Source: Bacterioplanes sanyensis
GTDB taxonomy: Bacteria; Pseudomonadota; Gammaproteobacteria; Pseudomonadales; Oceanobacteraceae
Assembly (NCBI RefSeq): GCF_002237535.1
Contig: NZ_CP022530.1
Span: forward strand, 4,117,516-4,181,515
DNA length: 64,000 bases
Direction: 5' to 3'
Positions 55,470-64,000 of the stretch are shown here, in pieces. A model generated the notes under the pieces. That model searched no databases, was not told where the DNA came from, and saw only the letters and a program-made list of their open reading frames with translations. The translations under genes were made by a program, and so were the position numbers. Each line of letters begins with the position of its first letter. Positions within the stretch are counted from its first letter, which is position 1.

Positions 55470-56927
55470 ATGAGTACGAGCTTTTCTATTCTGATTACCT
55501 TCATCGCCTACCTTGGCGGGATGTTGTGGATCGGTGTTTGGGCCTATCGCAAAACCAACGATTTATCTGACTATATTCTCGGCGGCCGTTCCTTAGGCGC
55601 CTGGCCGTCGGCACTGTCGGCCGGTGCGTCGGACATGTCAGGCTGGCTGTTGCTGGGCATGCCTGGCTACGCTTATGCATCTGGCTGGGAAGCGTCCTGG
55701 CTGGCCGGTGGCCTGCTGCTGGGCACCTACCTCAACTGGTTGATTGTGGCGCCGCGCCTGCGGGTGTATTCCGAGTTGGCCGACAACAGCCTGACTTTAC
55801 CGGAGTACTTCAGCAATCGCTTTGATGACCAAGCGGCGATCCGCGTCATTTCAGCTTTCTTTATCTTGCTGTTCTTCTTGTTCTACACCAGCTCTGGTTT
55901 GGTGGCCGGCGGCAAGCTGTTCGAAACCGTATTCGGTCTGGACTACACCCTGGCGGTGACACTGGGCACCATCGCGGTGGTGTCTTACACCCTGTTTGGT
56001 GGTTACCTGGCCGTCTCCTGGACCGACCTGGTGCAAGGCCTGTTGATGGCAGCAGCGCTGATTATTGTGCCCATTGCCGCCTTCAATGCCGTTGGCGCAG
56101 GTCCTAACGAGTTGCTGCAAGCCAAGAACCCAGAAATGCTGGATCCATGGACCAACACCGCTGGTGAAGCGCTGGGCTGGATGGGGATTGTCTCGCTGGC
56201 GGCTTGGGGCTTGGGCTACTTCGGTCAGCCGCACATTCTGGCGCGCTTCAAAGGCATCAAGAGCCGTGACGAAGTCAAAACCGCACGTCGCATTGCCGTC
56301 AGCTGGACCTTTCTCGGCCTGATGGGTGCTTTCTTTGTCGGTGTTGCGGGTATCGGTTACTTCGATACGCCGTTGGCAGACCCAGAAACCGTGTTCATGG
56401 ACCTGGTTCAAGCACTGTTCCACCCACTGGTGGCCGGTATCTTGCTCGCTGCCATTTTGGCTGCCGTCATGTCGACCGCGGATTCGCAGCTGCTGGTATC
56501 GTCTTCCGCTCTGACCGAAGACTTCTACAAAGCGCTGATCAACCAAAACGCGGATCAGGCAACTCTGGTGAAGATCGGCCGCTTTGCCGTGGCAGGTATT
56601 GCCATCATTGCTTGGGCGCTGGCACTGAACCCTGACAGCACCGTTCTCGGCCTGGTGTCGTACGCTTGGGCAGGCTTTGGCGCGGCGTTTGGCCCGGCGG
56701 TGATTCTGTCGCTGTTCTGGAGCCGTATGAACCGGTTCGGCTGTCTGGCCGGTATCGTAGTTGGTGGCATCACCGTGGTGGTGTGGAAGCAGCTCAGTGG
56801 CGGCCTGTTCGATTTGTATGAAATCGTACCGGGCTTTATTGCCGCGACCGTGGCCATCATCGCGGTCAGCCTGGCAACGCCTGCACCTGAGAGCAAGATC
56901 ACCGACACCTTCGCACAAGTGAAGTGA
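55470..56927 (+). CDS. putP: Sodium/proline symporter PutP
   Basis: SSF family. Start MSTSFSILITFIAYLGGMLWIGVWAYRKTNDLSDYILGGRSLG. Downstream of putA. Confidence 0.9.
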   Translation: MSTSFSILITFIAYLGGMLWIGVWAYRKTNDLSDYILGGRSLGAWPSALSAGASDMSGWLLLGMPGYAYASGWEASWLAGGLLLGTYLNWLIVAPRLRVYSELADNSLTLPEYFSNRFDDQAAIRVISAFFILLFFLFYTSSGLVAGGKLFETVFGLDYTLAVTLGTIAVVSYTLFGGYLAVSWTDLVQGLLMAAALIIVPIAAFNAVGAGPNELLQAKNPEMLDPWTNTAGEALGWMGIVSLAAWGLGYFGQPHILARFKGIKSRDEVKTARRIAVSWTFLGLMGAFFVGVAGIGYFDTPLADPETVFMDLVQALFHPLVAGILLAAILAAVMSTADSQLLVSSSALTEDFYKALINQNADQATLVKIGRFAVAGIAIIAWALALNPDSTVLGLVSYAWAGFGAAFGPAVILSLFWSRMNRFGCLAGIVVGGITVVVWKQLSGGLFDLYEIVPGFIAATVAIIAVSLATPAPESKITDTFAQVK

Positions 56928-57105
56928 CCCTCCCCCGTTCGCTTGTTTCTCCTGAGCAAGCGAATCGCCGCATGGCTTGGCCATGCGGCACCCTCGCCAT
57001 AACACGCCATGCGCGCATACACGCGGACTTTCGTTTGTTTTCTGGCGTCAACTGCCCTAAAATCGCGCAACTTTTGCTCACTCGTTAAAGAAGCCGCTCT
57101 TTACC

Positions 57106-57603
57106 ATGCATTGCCCCTTTTGCGCTCATCCGGAAACCAAGGTGATCGATTCACGATTGGTCGCTGCTGGCGAACAAATTCGCCGTCGTCGCGCCTGCAA
57201 TGCCTGTGGTGAACGCTTTACCACCTTTGAAACCGCCGAACTGGTGATGCCACGCATCGTCAAAACCGACGGCACCCGTGAGCCATTCAACGAAGACAAA
57301 CTGCGCAGCGGCATTCAACGCGCACTGGAAAAGCGTCCGGTCAGTGTCGAAGCCATTGAGGCCGCCCTGGGCCGCATCAAGCATCGCCTGCGCAGCACTG
57401 GCGAGCGTGAGCTCGATAGCCGTGTGGTGGGCGAGTGCGTGATGACCGAGCTGCGCCAACTCGACCAAGTGGCATATGTGCGCTTTGCCTCGGTGTATCG
57501 CAGCTTCCAAGACCTGGACGAGTTCCGCGCTGAGATCGAGCGCATCTCAGACCCAGAATGCCCCGCCGACGACCACCCGCAAGGCCACCCTTATGACGCA
57601 TGA
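57106..57603 (+). CDS. nrdR: Transcriptional repressor NrdR
   Basis: Start [42 protein letters not shown] (zinc ribbon + ATP-cone). Confidence 0.9.
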   Translation: MHCPFCAHPETKVIDSRLVAAGEQIRRRRACNACGERFTTFETAELVMPRIVKTDGTREPFNEDKLRSGIQRALEKRPVSVEAIEAALGRIKHRLRSTGERELDSRVVGECVMTELRQLDQVAYVRFASVYRSFQDLDEFRAEIERISDPECPADDHPQGHPYDA

Positions 57604-58708
57604 AGCCTATATGGCTGAAGCGCTGCAGTTGGCGCGCCAGGGCCTCTACTCTACCAGCCCCAATCCACGCGTCGGCTGCGTTATCGTGCAGCAAGACCAG
57701 GTGGTGGGGCGTGGCTGGCATCAACAAGCCGGCGGCCCTCACGCCGAAGTGCATGCCCTGCGACAAGCGGGTGAACAAGCCCGCGGCGCGACCGCCTATG
57801 TGACCTTAGAGCCATGCAGCCATTATGGCCGCACGCCGCCCTGCGCCGATGCCTTGATTCAAGCCGGAGTGGCGCGCGTTGTCGGCGCCTGCCGGGATGC
57901 CAATCCGCAAGTGGCGGACCAAGGCTATCAACGCCTACGCGATGCCGGCATCGAAGTGATCGAGGGCGTACTGCAAGCGCAGGCCGAAGAATTAAATCAC
58001 GGTTTTCTCAAGCGCATGCGCTGCGGCCTGCCTTGGGTGCGCATTAAAATGGCCAGCAGCCTGGATGGGCGTACAGCCATGGCCAGCGGAGAAAGCCAAT
58101 GGATTACCGGCGCCGCGGCCCGCGCAGACGTGCAGCACTGGCGAGCACGCTCCTGCGCCGTTATTACTGGCGTTGATTCGGTGTTGATCGACAACCCGTC
58201 GATGACCGTGCGCCCGCAAGATAGCCACATAGAGCAAGACGAGCATTTATGGCGCCAACCACTGCGCGTGGTGGTGGACAGTCAGCAGCGCTTAGCGCTC
58301 GACTGTAAACTGCTGCAACAAGTTGGCAAGGTGCTGTGGGCATCGACTCAACCTGCCATCAACGCCCACCGCGCAAGTGAGTTGGGCGAGCTGCAGCAAT
58401 GGCAAGCGCCAGCCAATAACGGCCATGTCGATCTGCACGCTCTGCTGCGTCACTTGGCTGAGCAAGGTTGCAACGAAGTGTTGATCGAAAGTGGTGCCCA
58501 ACTGGCTGGGGCATTCGTGCAGGCGGGACTGGTCGATGAGCTGGTGCTGTATCAAGCTCCGACCTTGCTCGGTAGCCAGGCGCGGCCACTGCTATCCTTG
58601 CCCTTTGAACAGATGCAACAGCAATTGCGCTGGCAGTGGCACGATGTGCGTCAGATCGGCGACGACATTCGCTTTATTTTACGAGCCCCCACGGGCTCAT
58701 CCAGCTGA
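57593..58708 (+). CDS. ribD: Bifunctional riboflavin biosynthesis deaminase/reductase RibD
   Basis: Sequence [32 protein letters not shown]...[11 protein letters not shown]...[13 protein letters not shown]. 11-nt overlap with nrdR. Confidence 0.85.
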   Translation: MTHEAYMAEALQLARQGLYSTSPNPRVGCVIVQQDQVVGRGWHQQAGGPHAEVHALRQAGEQARGATAYVTLEPCSHYGRTPPCADALIQAGVARVVGACRDANPQVADQGYQRLRDAGIEVIEGVLQAQAEELNHGFLKRMRCGLPWVRIKMASSLDGRTAMASGESQWITGAAARADVQHWRARSCAVITGVDSVLIDNPSMTVRPQDSHIEQDEHLWRQPLRVVVDSQQRLALDCKLLQQVGKVLWASTQPAINAHRASELGELQQWQAPANNGHVDLHALLRHLAEQGCNEVLIESGAQLAGAFVQAGLVDELVLYQAPTLLGSQARPLLSLPFEQMQQQLRWQWHDVRQIGDDIRFILRAPTGSSS

Positions 58709-58718
58709 CGGGAGCGTC

Positions 58719-59375
58719 ATGTTTACCGGAATTATTGAAGCCATTGGCACGGTTGCCAGTGTGGAGCTGCGCCAAGGCGATATTCGTTTGCGCATCGACA
58801 GCGGCGCATTGGATTTAAACGACGTGCAACTGGGCGACTCCATCGCCACCAACGGCGTCTGTTTGACCGTGGTCGAACTGCCCGGCAATGGTTTTGTCGC
58901 CGACGTATCACGCGAGTCTTTGCAGCACACCTTGATCGGCCAATGGCAAACCGGGCACCGCGTGAACCTGGAAAAAGCCCTGACACCAAGTACACGCATG
59001 GGCGGCCACATTGTCACCGGCCATGTTGATGGTGTCGGTGAAGTGCGGGAACGTCAGGCCGATGCGCGCTCTATTCGCCTGACCGTGAAGCCACCGGCCA
59101 GCTTGGAAAAATACATTGCCGCTAAGGGCTCGATCACCGTTGACGGCATCAGCCTCACGGCCAATGCCATTGCTGAGCGCGGCTTTGAGCTCAACATAGT
59201 GCCGCATACCGCCGAGCAAACAACTCTGTTCCACGCCCGAGTGGGCCAGCATGTGCACCTCGAAGTTGATATTATTGCGCGCTACCTTGAGCAGCTGTTT
59301 AAAGGTGAACAACGCCACGACAGCAACAGCCGTTTGTCACCGGCGTTCCTCGCCGAACATGGATTCTGGAAGTAA
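58719..59375 (+). CDS. ribE: Riboflavin synthase alpha subunit
   Basis: Start MFTGIIEAIGTVASV...NGVCLTVV. Two lumazine-binding repeats. Confidence 0.85.
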   Translation: MFTGIIEAIGTVASVELRQGDIRLRIDSGALDLNDVQLGDSIATNGVCLTVVELPGNGFVADVSRESLQHTLIGQWQTGHRVNLEKALTPSTRMGGHIVTGHVDGVGEVRERQADARSIRLTVKPPASLEKYIAAKGSITVDGISLTANAIAERGFELNIVPHTAEQTTLFHARVGQHVHLEVDIIARYLEQLFKGEQRHDSNSRLSPAFLAEHGFWK

Positions 59376-59380
59376 GTGTT

Positions 59381-60496
59381 ATGCCACTGAACAAGATCGA
59401 AGACATTATTGAAGACATTCGCGACGGCAAGATGGTCATCCTGATGGATGATGAAGATCGCGAAAACGAAGGCGACATCATTGTTGCTGCAGAAAAAGTA
59501 ACGCCAGACATCATTAACTTTATGGTCACCGAAGCGCGTGGCCTGGTGTGCCTGACATTGACCGGCGAGCGCTGCGACTATTTAGGCCTGCCGTCGATGG
59601 TGACCGGTAACGGTGCCAAATTCTCCACCCCATTCACCGTATCAATTGAAGCCGCCGAAGGCGTCACCACCGGTATTTCAGCAGCGGACCGCGCGCATAC
59701 CATTCGCGTGGCGGTCAATGCCATGAGTAAGCCTGAAGACATCGTTCAGCCTGGCCATATTTTCCCGCTGCGCGCTCGTCCTGGCGGTGTTTTGAGCCGT
59801 GCAGGTCATACCGAAGCAGGTTGTGATCTGGCACGTTTGGCCGGCTTAACGCCTGCGTCTGCCATCGTTGAAATTATGAATCCAGATGGCACCATGGCGC
59901 GCCGCCCGGATCTGGAAAAATTTGCCGAAAAACACGACATTAAAATCGGCACCATTGCCGATTTAATTCACTACCGCATTGCCAATGAGCAAACGGTAGA
60001 ACTGCTGGGCAAAGAAGCGGTGCACACCGAGTTTGGTGAGTTCACTCTGCACACCTTCCGCGACACCATTCAAAACGAAACTCACTTGGCGCTGACGCTG
60101 GGCGACATCAACCCAGACGAGCCGACTCTGGTGCGGGTGCAAAATACTCAGGTATTGCGCGATGTGCTGGGGGTGCGCCAATCCGATTCAGAAAGCTGGT
60201 CTTCGACCAAAGCACTGGCACGCATTGCCGCCGAAGGCAAAGGTGCGTTGGTGTTATTGTCGGCCGGTCAGGGTGAATTAATCGGCGACAGTTTGGATCA
60301 ACATTTTGGTCGCTGCCGCCCAAGCCGCAGCCCCAACACCGACAGCTCCGGCGCCTTTTTAACCATCGGTACTGGTTCGCAAATCTTGCGCTCACTGAAC
60401 GTCAAAAATATGCGCCTGCTCAGCTCCGAAACTAAATACAGCGGTATTTCCGGCTTTGATCTGGAAATTACTGAATACATCCCCTTCAGCGAATAA
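59381..60496 (+). CDS. ribBA: Bifunctional DHBP synthase / GTP cyclohydrolase II-like RibBA
   Basis: Sequence [31 protein letters not shown]...[16 protein letters not shown] (DHBP synthase). Confidence 0.85.
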   Translation: MPLNKIEDIIEDIRDGKMVILMDDEDRENEGDIIVAAEKVTPDIINFMVTEARGLVCLTLTGERCDYLGLPSMVTGNGAKFSTPFTVSIEAAEGVTTGISAADRAHTIRVAVNAMSKPEDIVQPGHIFPLRARPGGVLSRAGHTEAGCDLARLAGLTPASAIVEIMNPDGTMARRPDLEKFAEKHDIKIGTIADLIHYRIANEQTVELLGKEAVHTEFGEFTLHTFRDTIQNETHLALTLGDINPDEPTLVRVQNTQVLRDVLGVRQSDSESWSSTKALARIAAEGKGALVLLSAGQGELIGDSLDQHFGRCRPSRSPNTDSSGAFLTIGTGSQILRSLNVKNMRLLSSETKYSGISGFDLEITEYIPFSE

Positions 60497-60513
60497 CTGC
60501 GACTGGAATTATT

Positions 60514-60990
60514 ATGAAACATATTCAAACCATTGAAGGAAACCTGACGCCCAACGACGGCCGCTACGCCATTGTTGTTGGTCGCTGGAACGCCTTTGTT
60601 GTAGAAAGCCTGTTGGAAGGCGCCGTTGACTCATTGCTGCGTCACGGTGTGGAAGAAGAAAACATCACCATCATTCGTGCACCAGGCGCGTTTGAAATTC
60701 CACTGGTGGTAAAAAAAGCCGCTGAAAGCCAAAATTACGATGCCATCATCGCTTTGGGCGCCGTTATTCGCGGTGGCACCCCGCACTTTGAATACGTCGC
60801 GGGCGAGTGCACCAAAGGTTTGGCATCGGCCTCGATGGAAGCGAACATCCCAGTGTCGTTCGGCGTACTGACCGTCGACAGCATCGAGCAAGCCATCGAG
60901 CGCAGTGGCACCAAAGCCGGCAATAAAGGCGAAGAAGCCGCCATGTCTGCGTTTGAAATGGTGTCCTTGCTGCAAGCCATGGAGGCCTGA
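60514..60990 (+). CDS. ribH: 6,7-dimethyl-8-ribityllumazine synthase
   Basis: Sequence [21 protein letters not shown]...[22 protein letters not shown]. Confidence 0.9.
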   Translation: MKHIQTIEGNLTPNDGRYAIVVGRWNAFVVESLLEGAVDSLLRHGVEEENITIIRAPGAFEIPLVVKKAAESQNYDAIIALGAVIRGGTPHFEYVAGECTKGLASASMEANIPVSFGVLTVDSIEQAIERSGTKAGNKGEEAAMSAFEMVSLLQAMEA

Positions 60991-60995
60991 TCGGC

Positions 60996-61454
60996 ATGTC
61001 TCGCACTTCCGGCAAAAACAAGCCCAGCGCAGCCGCCCGACGAAAAGCCCGTCGTTACGCTGTACAAGCCATTTACCAATGGCAGCTGGCCGGTGCCGAC
61101 CTGGCACAAATTGAGGCCGAATTCCGCGCCGATAACGACATGAGCAGCGTCGACTTGGAATATTTCCATGAGATTTTGTTCGGAGTGCCGCGCGCCAAGC
61201 AGGAGTTAGACACGCATCTGACGCCACTGGTGGACCGCGCCCTGGAAGAAATGACGCCCGTCGAACTGGCCATTTTGCGCTTGGGTGCGTTTGAAATGCT
61301 GCACCGCATTGATGTGCCGTACAAAGTGGTCATCAACGAAGCGGTTGAGCTGACCAAAACCTTTGGTGCCACCGACGCGCACAAGTTCGTCAACGGCGTC
61401 CTGGATCGTTTAGCGCAGCGCAGCCGCACGGTAGAGCTGCGCCAAAAGCGCTAG
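60996..61454 (+). CDS. nusB: Transcription antitermination factor NusB
   Basis: Sequence [20 protein letters not shown]...[13 protein letters not shown]. Confidence 0.9.
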   Translation: MSRTSGKNKPSAAARRKARRYAVQAIYQWQLAGADLAQIEAEFRADNDMSSVDLEYFHEILFGVPRAKQELDTHLTPLVDRALEEMTPVELAILRLGAFEMLHRIDVPYKVVINEAVELTKTFGATDAHKFVNGVLDRLAQRSRTVELRQKR

Positions 61455-61517
61455 CAACATCCAGTACATGAGCGATGCGATGAACGGTGCGATGAGCGCA
61501 ACCATGCAGAGTAGCGC

Positions 61518-62462
61518 ATGAGCGGTCATGAGTTTGCGCTGATTCGTCGCCATTTTGCCGACGGCTACCCACTCTCACCGCAGACCGTATTGGCCGTGGG
61601 TGACGATGCCTCCATCGTTGCTCCGCCAGTCGGCGCCCAACTGGTGCAAAGCATCGACACGCAAGTGGCCGATGTGCACTTTCCCGCCACCGCTCCTGCT
61701 CAGCTGATTGCCGCTAGAGCGCTGCGTTGTGCCGCCAGTGACTTGGCGGCCATGGGCGCCACACCGCAAGGGTTTCACCTGGCGCTAACGCTACCGGATG
61801 CTAAAGCCGAATGGCTGCAAGATTTTGCAACAGGGCTGCGCCAGCACGCGCATCAATTGGATTTACAACTACTCGGCGGTGATACCACCCGCGGCCAGCA
61901 GCTGGTGATCAGTATTGCAGTGCAAGGTTGGGTCGATGACGGCACAGCGCTGCGCCGCGACGGTGCCCAAGCCGGCGAGCAGTTATGGCTATCAGGCCCT
62001 CTAGGCGCTGCGGCCCTTGCACTGCCTGAGGTACTTAAAACACCCGGCAAGAGTACGGGTTGGGCCAGCCATTATTATTTCCCGGCGGTGCACACCGAAC
62101 TTGGACTGGCATTGCGTGGCATCGCTTCTTCTTGTTTGGATATTAGCGACGGCCTATTACAAGACGCCGGGCATATCGCCCGCGCGTCTGATGTAACAAT
62201 CATGATCGACGCTGAAAAAGTAGAAACCGCAATCGATCAGGCAGATACACGCTGGCCGCTGTGCTTTAGTGGCGGCGATGACTATCAACTATTATTTAGC
62301 GTTTCCCTACAGCAAGCCAGCGTTATGCAGACGCTGCAGCAATCGTTTCCCAATATGCACTGCATTGGTGAAGCTCAAGCAGCGAACGGCAATCCTTGCG
62401 TGATACTTCATAAAGATGGTCAGCCGCTGGATTTACAACAAACAGGTTTTCAGCATTTCTAA
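61518..62462 (+). CDS. thiL: Thiamine-monophosphate kinase
   Basis: Sequence MSGHEFALIRRHFADGYPLSPQTVLAVGDDASIV. Confidence 0.85.
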   Translation: MSGHEFALIRRHFADGYPLSPQTVLAVGDDASIVAPPVGAQLVQSIDTQVADVHFPATAPAQLIAARALRCAASDLAAMGATPQGFHLALTLPDAKAEWLQDFATGLRQHAHQLDLQLLGGDTTRGQQLVISIAVQGWVDDGTALRRDGAQAGEQLWLSGPLGAAALALPEVLKTPGKSTGWASHYYFPAVHTELGLALRGIASSCLDISDGLLQDAGHIARASDVTIMIDAEKVETAIDQADTRWPLCFSGGDDYQLLFSVSLQQASVMQTLQQSFPNMHCIGEAQAANGNPCVILHKDGQPLDLQQTGFQHF

Positions 62463-62539
62463 ATCGTCGTCATATCGCATTTCCTAGGAATTTTTCTTTT
62501 ATTGCTTCCCATCAAGCTGAAAAAAACCTGAAGTTTTTC

Positions 62540-62831
62540 GGTGTTTAGCATATCACGGTGTGAATGACACACCGCTGCCTGAGGGCATTGAAAGCAGGGA
62601 TACAGTAAATGCTATTTTGGGGCGAATGCGTGGCGTCTTAACCAGTGATTTAGTGGATGATCAGGGAGAATAGCTTACCCAAGTAATTATCCGAGCTATG
62701 CAAAAGTCAAAGCAAACCCACTCTAGCAAAACCACGTAGACAGTAAAGGACACGAGCGCGGGATTTTTAGTAATTTCGCTGAAATACGATACGCGCATCA
62801 GCTCGGCACCCAAAGTGATATGCTAAACACC
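62540..62831. mobile_element. MITE-like 292-bp element bounded by perfect 17-bp terminal inverted repeats
   Basis: GGTGTTTAGCATATCAC at 62540..62556 and its exact reverse complement GTGATATGCTAAACACC at 62815..62831. The interior has no ORF. An internal palindrome GGTGTGAATGACACACC lies next to the left IR. Confidence 0.45.
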
Positions 62832-62978
62832 TGCATATATAATTATAGATGGCTCAATAACCCCTAGCGAAATCCTGACCAGACAGTACAATCCGCGCCG
62901 CAACCGATTTATAACCGTGCTGGCGCTATTCGTCGTTTAGCGTCATACGTACTAACCTAGCGGAGATGAGACCCTGGT

Positions 62979-63713
62979 ATGAATAAACTGTTCGCCATCA
63001 CAGCCCTATTTCTGGCCTTAAATATTCAGGCAGCTGAAAAGCTTTATTTTTTTACCGAGCAATTCCCGCCCTATCACATGACGCTGGATGGCCACCCGTT
63101 TGCTCATGATGGCGAAAACATCACTGGCTTGTGCTCGCAAATGGTGAAGCGTTTGGCAGAGGAGGTGCCCTATGAAATGAAGATGAAACTGCGTAACTGG
63201 AATTCCGGCCTGGAGCGAGTAAAACGCAAAGCCAACCATGGTATCTTCTGCACGGTGCGCTCAGAACAACGCGAAGACTGGTTCGAGTGGGTTGGTCCTT
63301 TGACCAATACTGGCTGGGCATTATTCGCCAAACCAGGTTCGGGCATCACATTGAGCTCATTGGAGGATGCCAAGCAGTACGAGATTGGTGGTTACAAAGG
63401 CGACGTCAGAACAAATTACCTAATGGAACATGGTTTTAATGTCTCTGTCATCACTGAAGATGCACAAAACCCACGGCGTTTACAGCTGGATCAAATCGAT
63501 CTGTGGGTCTCAGATGAGCTGGCGGGCCCCTATACGGCTTCGGATGCAGGCGACATTGAAGTAGAAAAGCTGCTGACGTTTAAGCGAGTGCCACTGTACT
63601 TGGCAATCAATAAAGATACAGACCCCAAAATCGTTAAGGCGCTACAAAGAGCGGCAGACAAGCTCACCAAAGATGGCTCTTTCGAAAGCATTGAGCACAT
63701 CTACGGTCGCTGA
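62979..63713 (+). CDS. Orphan periplasmic substrate-binding protein (SBP_bac_3-like)
   Basis: Signal peptide MNKLFAITALFLALNIQAA. Second paralog of the 48170 protein (shared motifs LYFFTEQFPPY / WxPFVQE). No transporter genes adjacent. Confidence 0.65.
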   Translation: MNKLFAITALFLALNIQAAEKLYFFTEQFPPYHMTLDGHPFAHDGENITGLCSQMVKRLAEEVPYEMKMKLRNWNSGLERVKRKANHGIFCTVRSEQREDWFEWVGPLTNTGWALFAKPGSGITLSSLEDAKQYEIGGYKGDVRTNYLMEHGFNVSVITEDAQNPRRLQLDQIDLWVSDELAGPYTASDAGDIEVEKLLTFKRVPLYLAINKDTDPKIVKALQRAADKLTKDGSFESIEHIYGR

Positions 63714-63845
63714 TGTTTTAGCTTAAATCATTGATGTAAAGCCGAGCTCAAATTCGGCTTTACATCACAAGTGATTTCAAATACGAAAGAGCTGCAATAT
63801 TTATTTAGAAAAGTGCAGACTAAGCAGTACAGACTAGAAGCTGTT

Positions 63846-64000
63846 TCACAACTTCTTTAGCACGATCATCATGCAGGCGGCGTGAAAGAAGGCTCGATAC
63901 ATTGAGAGCTTTCTTTCCCATCGAACCACTAATCGCCGATAATTTCCAAGCCAAGCAAAAGTGCGCTCTACTTTCCAGCGACGGTCGTACCTTCTCAGCT
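63846..64000 (-). mobile_element. 3' end of an IS5-family (DDE_Tnp_1) transposase gene, truncated by the window edge
   Basis: Minus-strand translation gives ...LRRYDRRWKVERTFAWLGNYRRLVVRWERKLSMYRAFFHAACMMIVLKKL-stop, the hallmark IS5/IS903-group transposase C-terminus. It is not in the ORF track because there is no start codon in the window. Confidence 0.6.

Noticed and set aside
55851-57005. 384-aa minus-strand ORF
   Set aside because: It is antisense to the well-supported putP gene and the putP-nrdR spacer. Its composition is biased (Arg/Gln/His-rich) and it shows no family resemblance.

Overview
This 64 kb window reads as a marine-type gammaproteobacterial chromosome (roughly 55% GC). It holds five kinds of content.

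(1) Polar-flagellum 'region 1' at 238..19437. The minus strand carries flgL-flgK-flgJ-(101-aa ORF)-flgI-flgH-flgG-flgF-flgE-flgD-flgC-flgB and cheR-cheV. The plus strand carries flgA-flgM-flgN-flgZ (a PilZ/YcgR-like protein), divergent from cheV. FlgE (1229 aa) and FlgK (993 aa) are unusually large. A near-consensus sigma-28 promoter sits upstream of flgM.

(2) A tRNA-Arg(CCT) gene, then an AT-rich stretch and ordinary accessory genes: a secreted C15-peptidase-like protein, a quinone oxidoreductase with a divergent LysR regulator, and a LysR remnant.

(3) The most unusual locus, on the minus strand at about 24107..35236. It is one tightly packed gene string: DUF2170(YjfI-like) - PspA/IM30 - NfeD/YqiJ-like - flotillin(SPFH) - 1787-aa protein with one embedded AAA+ ATPase module - rhomboid protease - zinc-ribbon protein (- 79-aa ORF). 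Upstream is a triple palindromic operator (ATTACATGTAAT repeated three times at 21-bp phasing). I read this as a candidate, to my knowledge undescribed, membrane-remodelling or envelope-repair system. It combines an ESCRT-III-superfamily protein, a flotillin scaffold, an AAA+ motor and an intramembrane protease.

(4) Sensory and housekeeping genes. These are a periplasmic-binding-protein + sensor-kinase pair, ohrR-ohr with tandem operator palindromes and an in-frame 15-bp x4 repeat in ohrR, and a paaI thioesterase. They continue with a CARDB secreted protein with a long structured leader, MerR + class IV aminotransferase, a DUF1501 + DUF1549/DUF1553 (PSCyt) pair, an MCP + orphan SBP, glyA, AraC(PruR-like)-putA-putP, and nrdR-ribD-ribE-ribBA-ribH-nusB-thiL.

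(5) Mobile-element signals at the right end: a 292-bp MITE-like element with perfect 17-bp terminal inverted repeats, and the 3' end of an IS5-family transposase truncated by the window edge.

All calls come from reading the provided translations and the DNA by eye. No database search was run.
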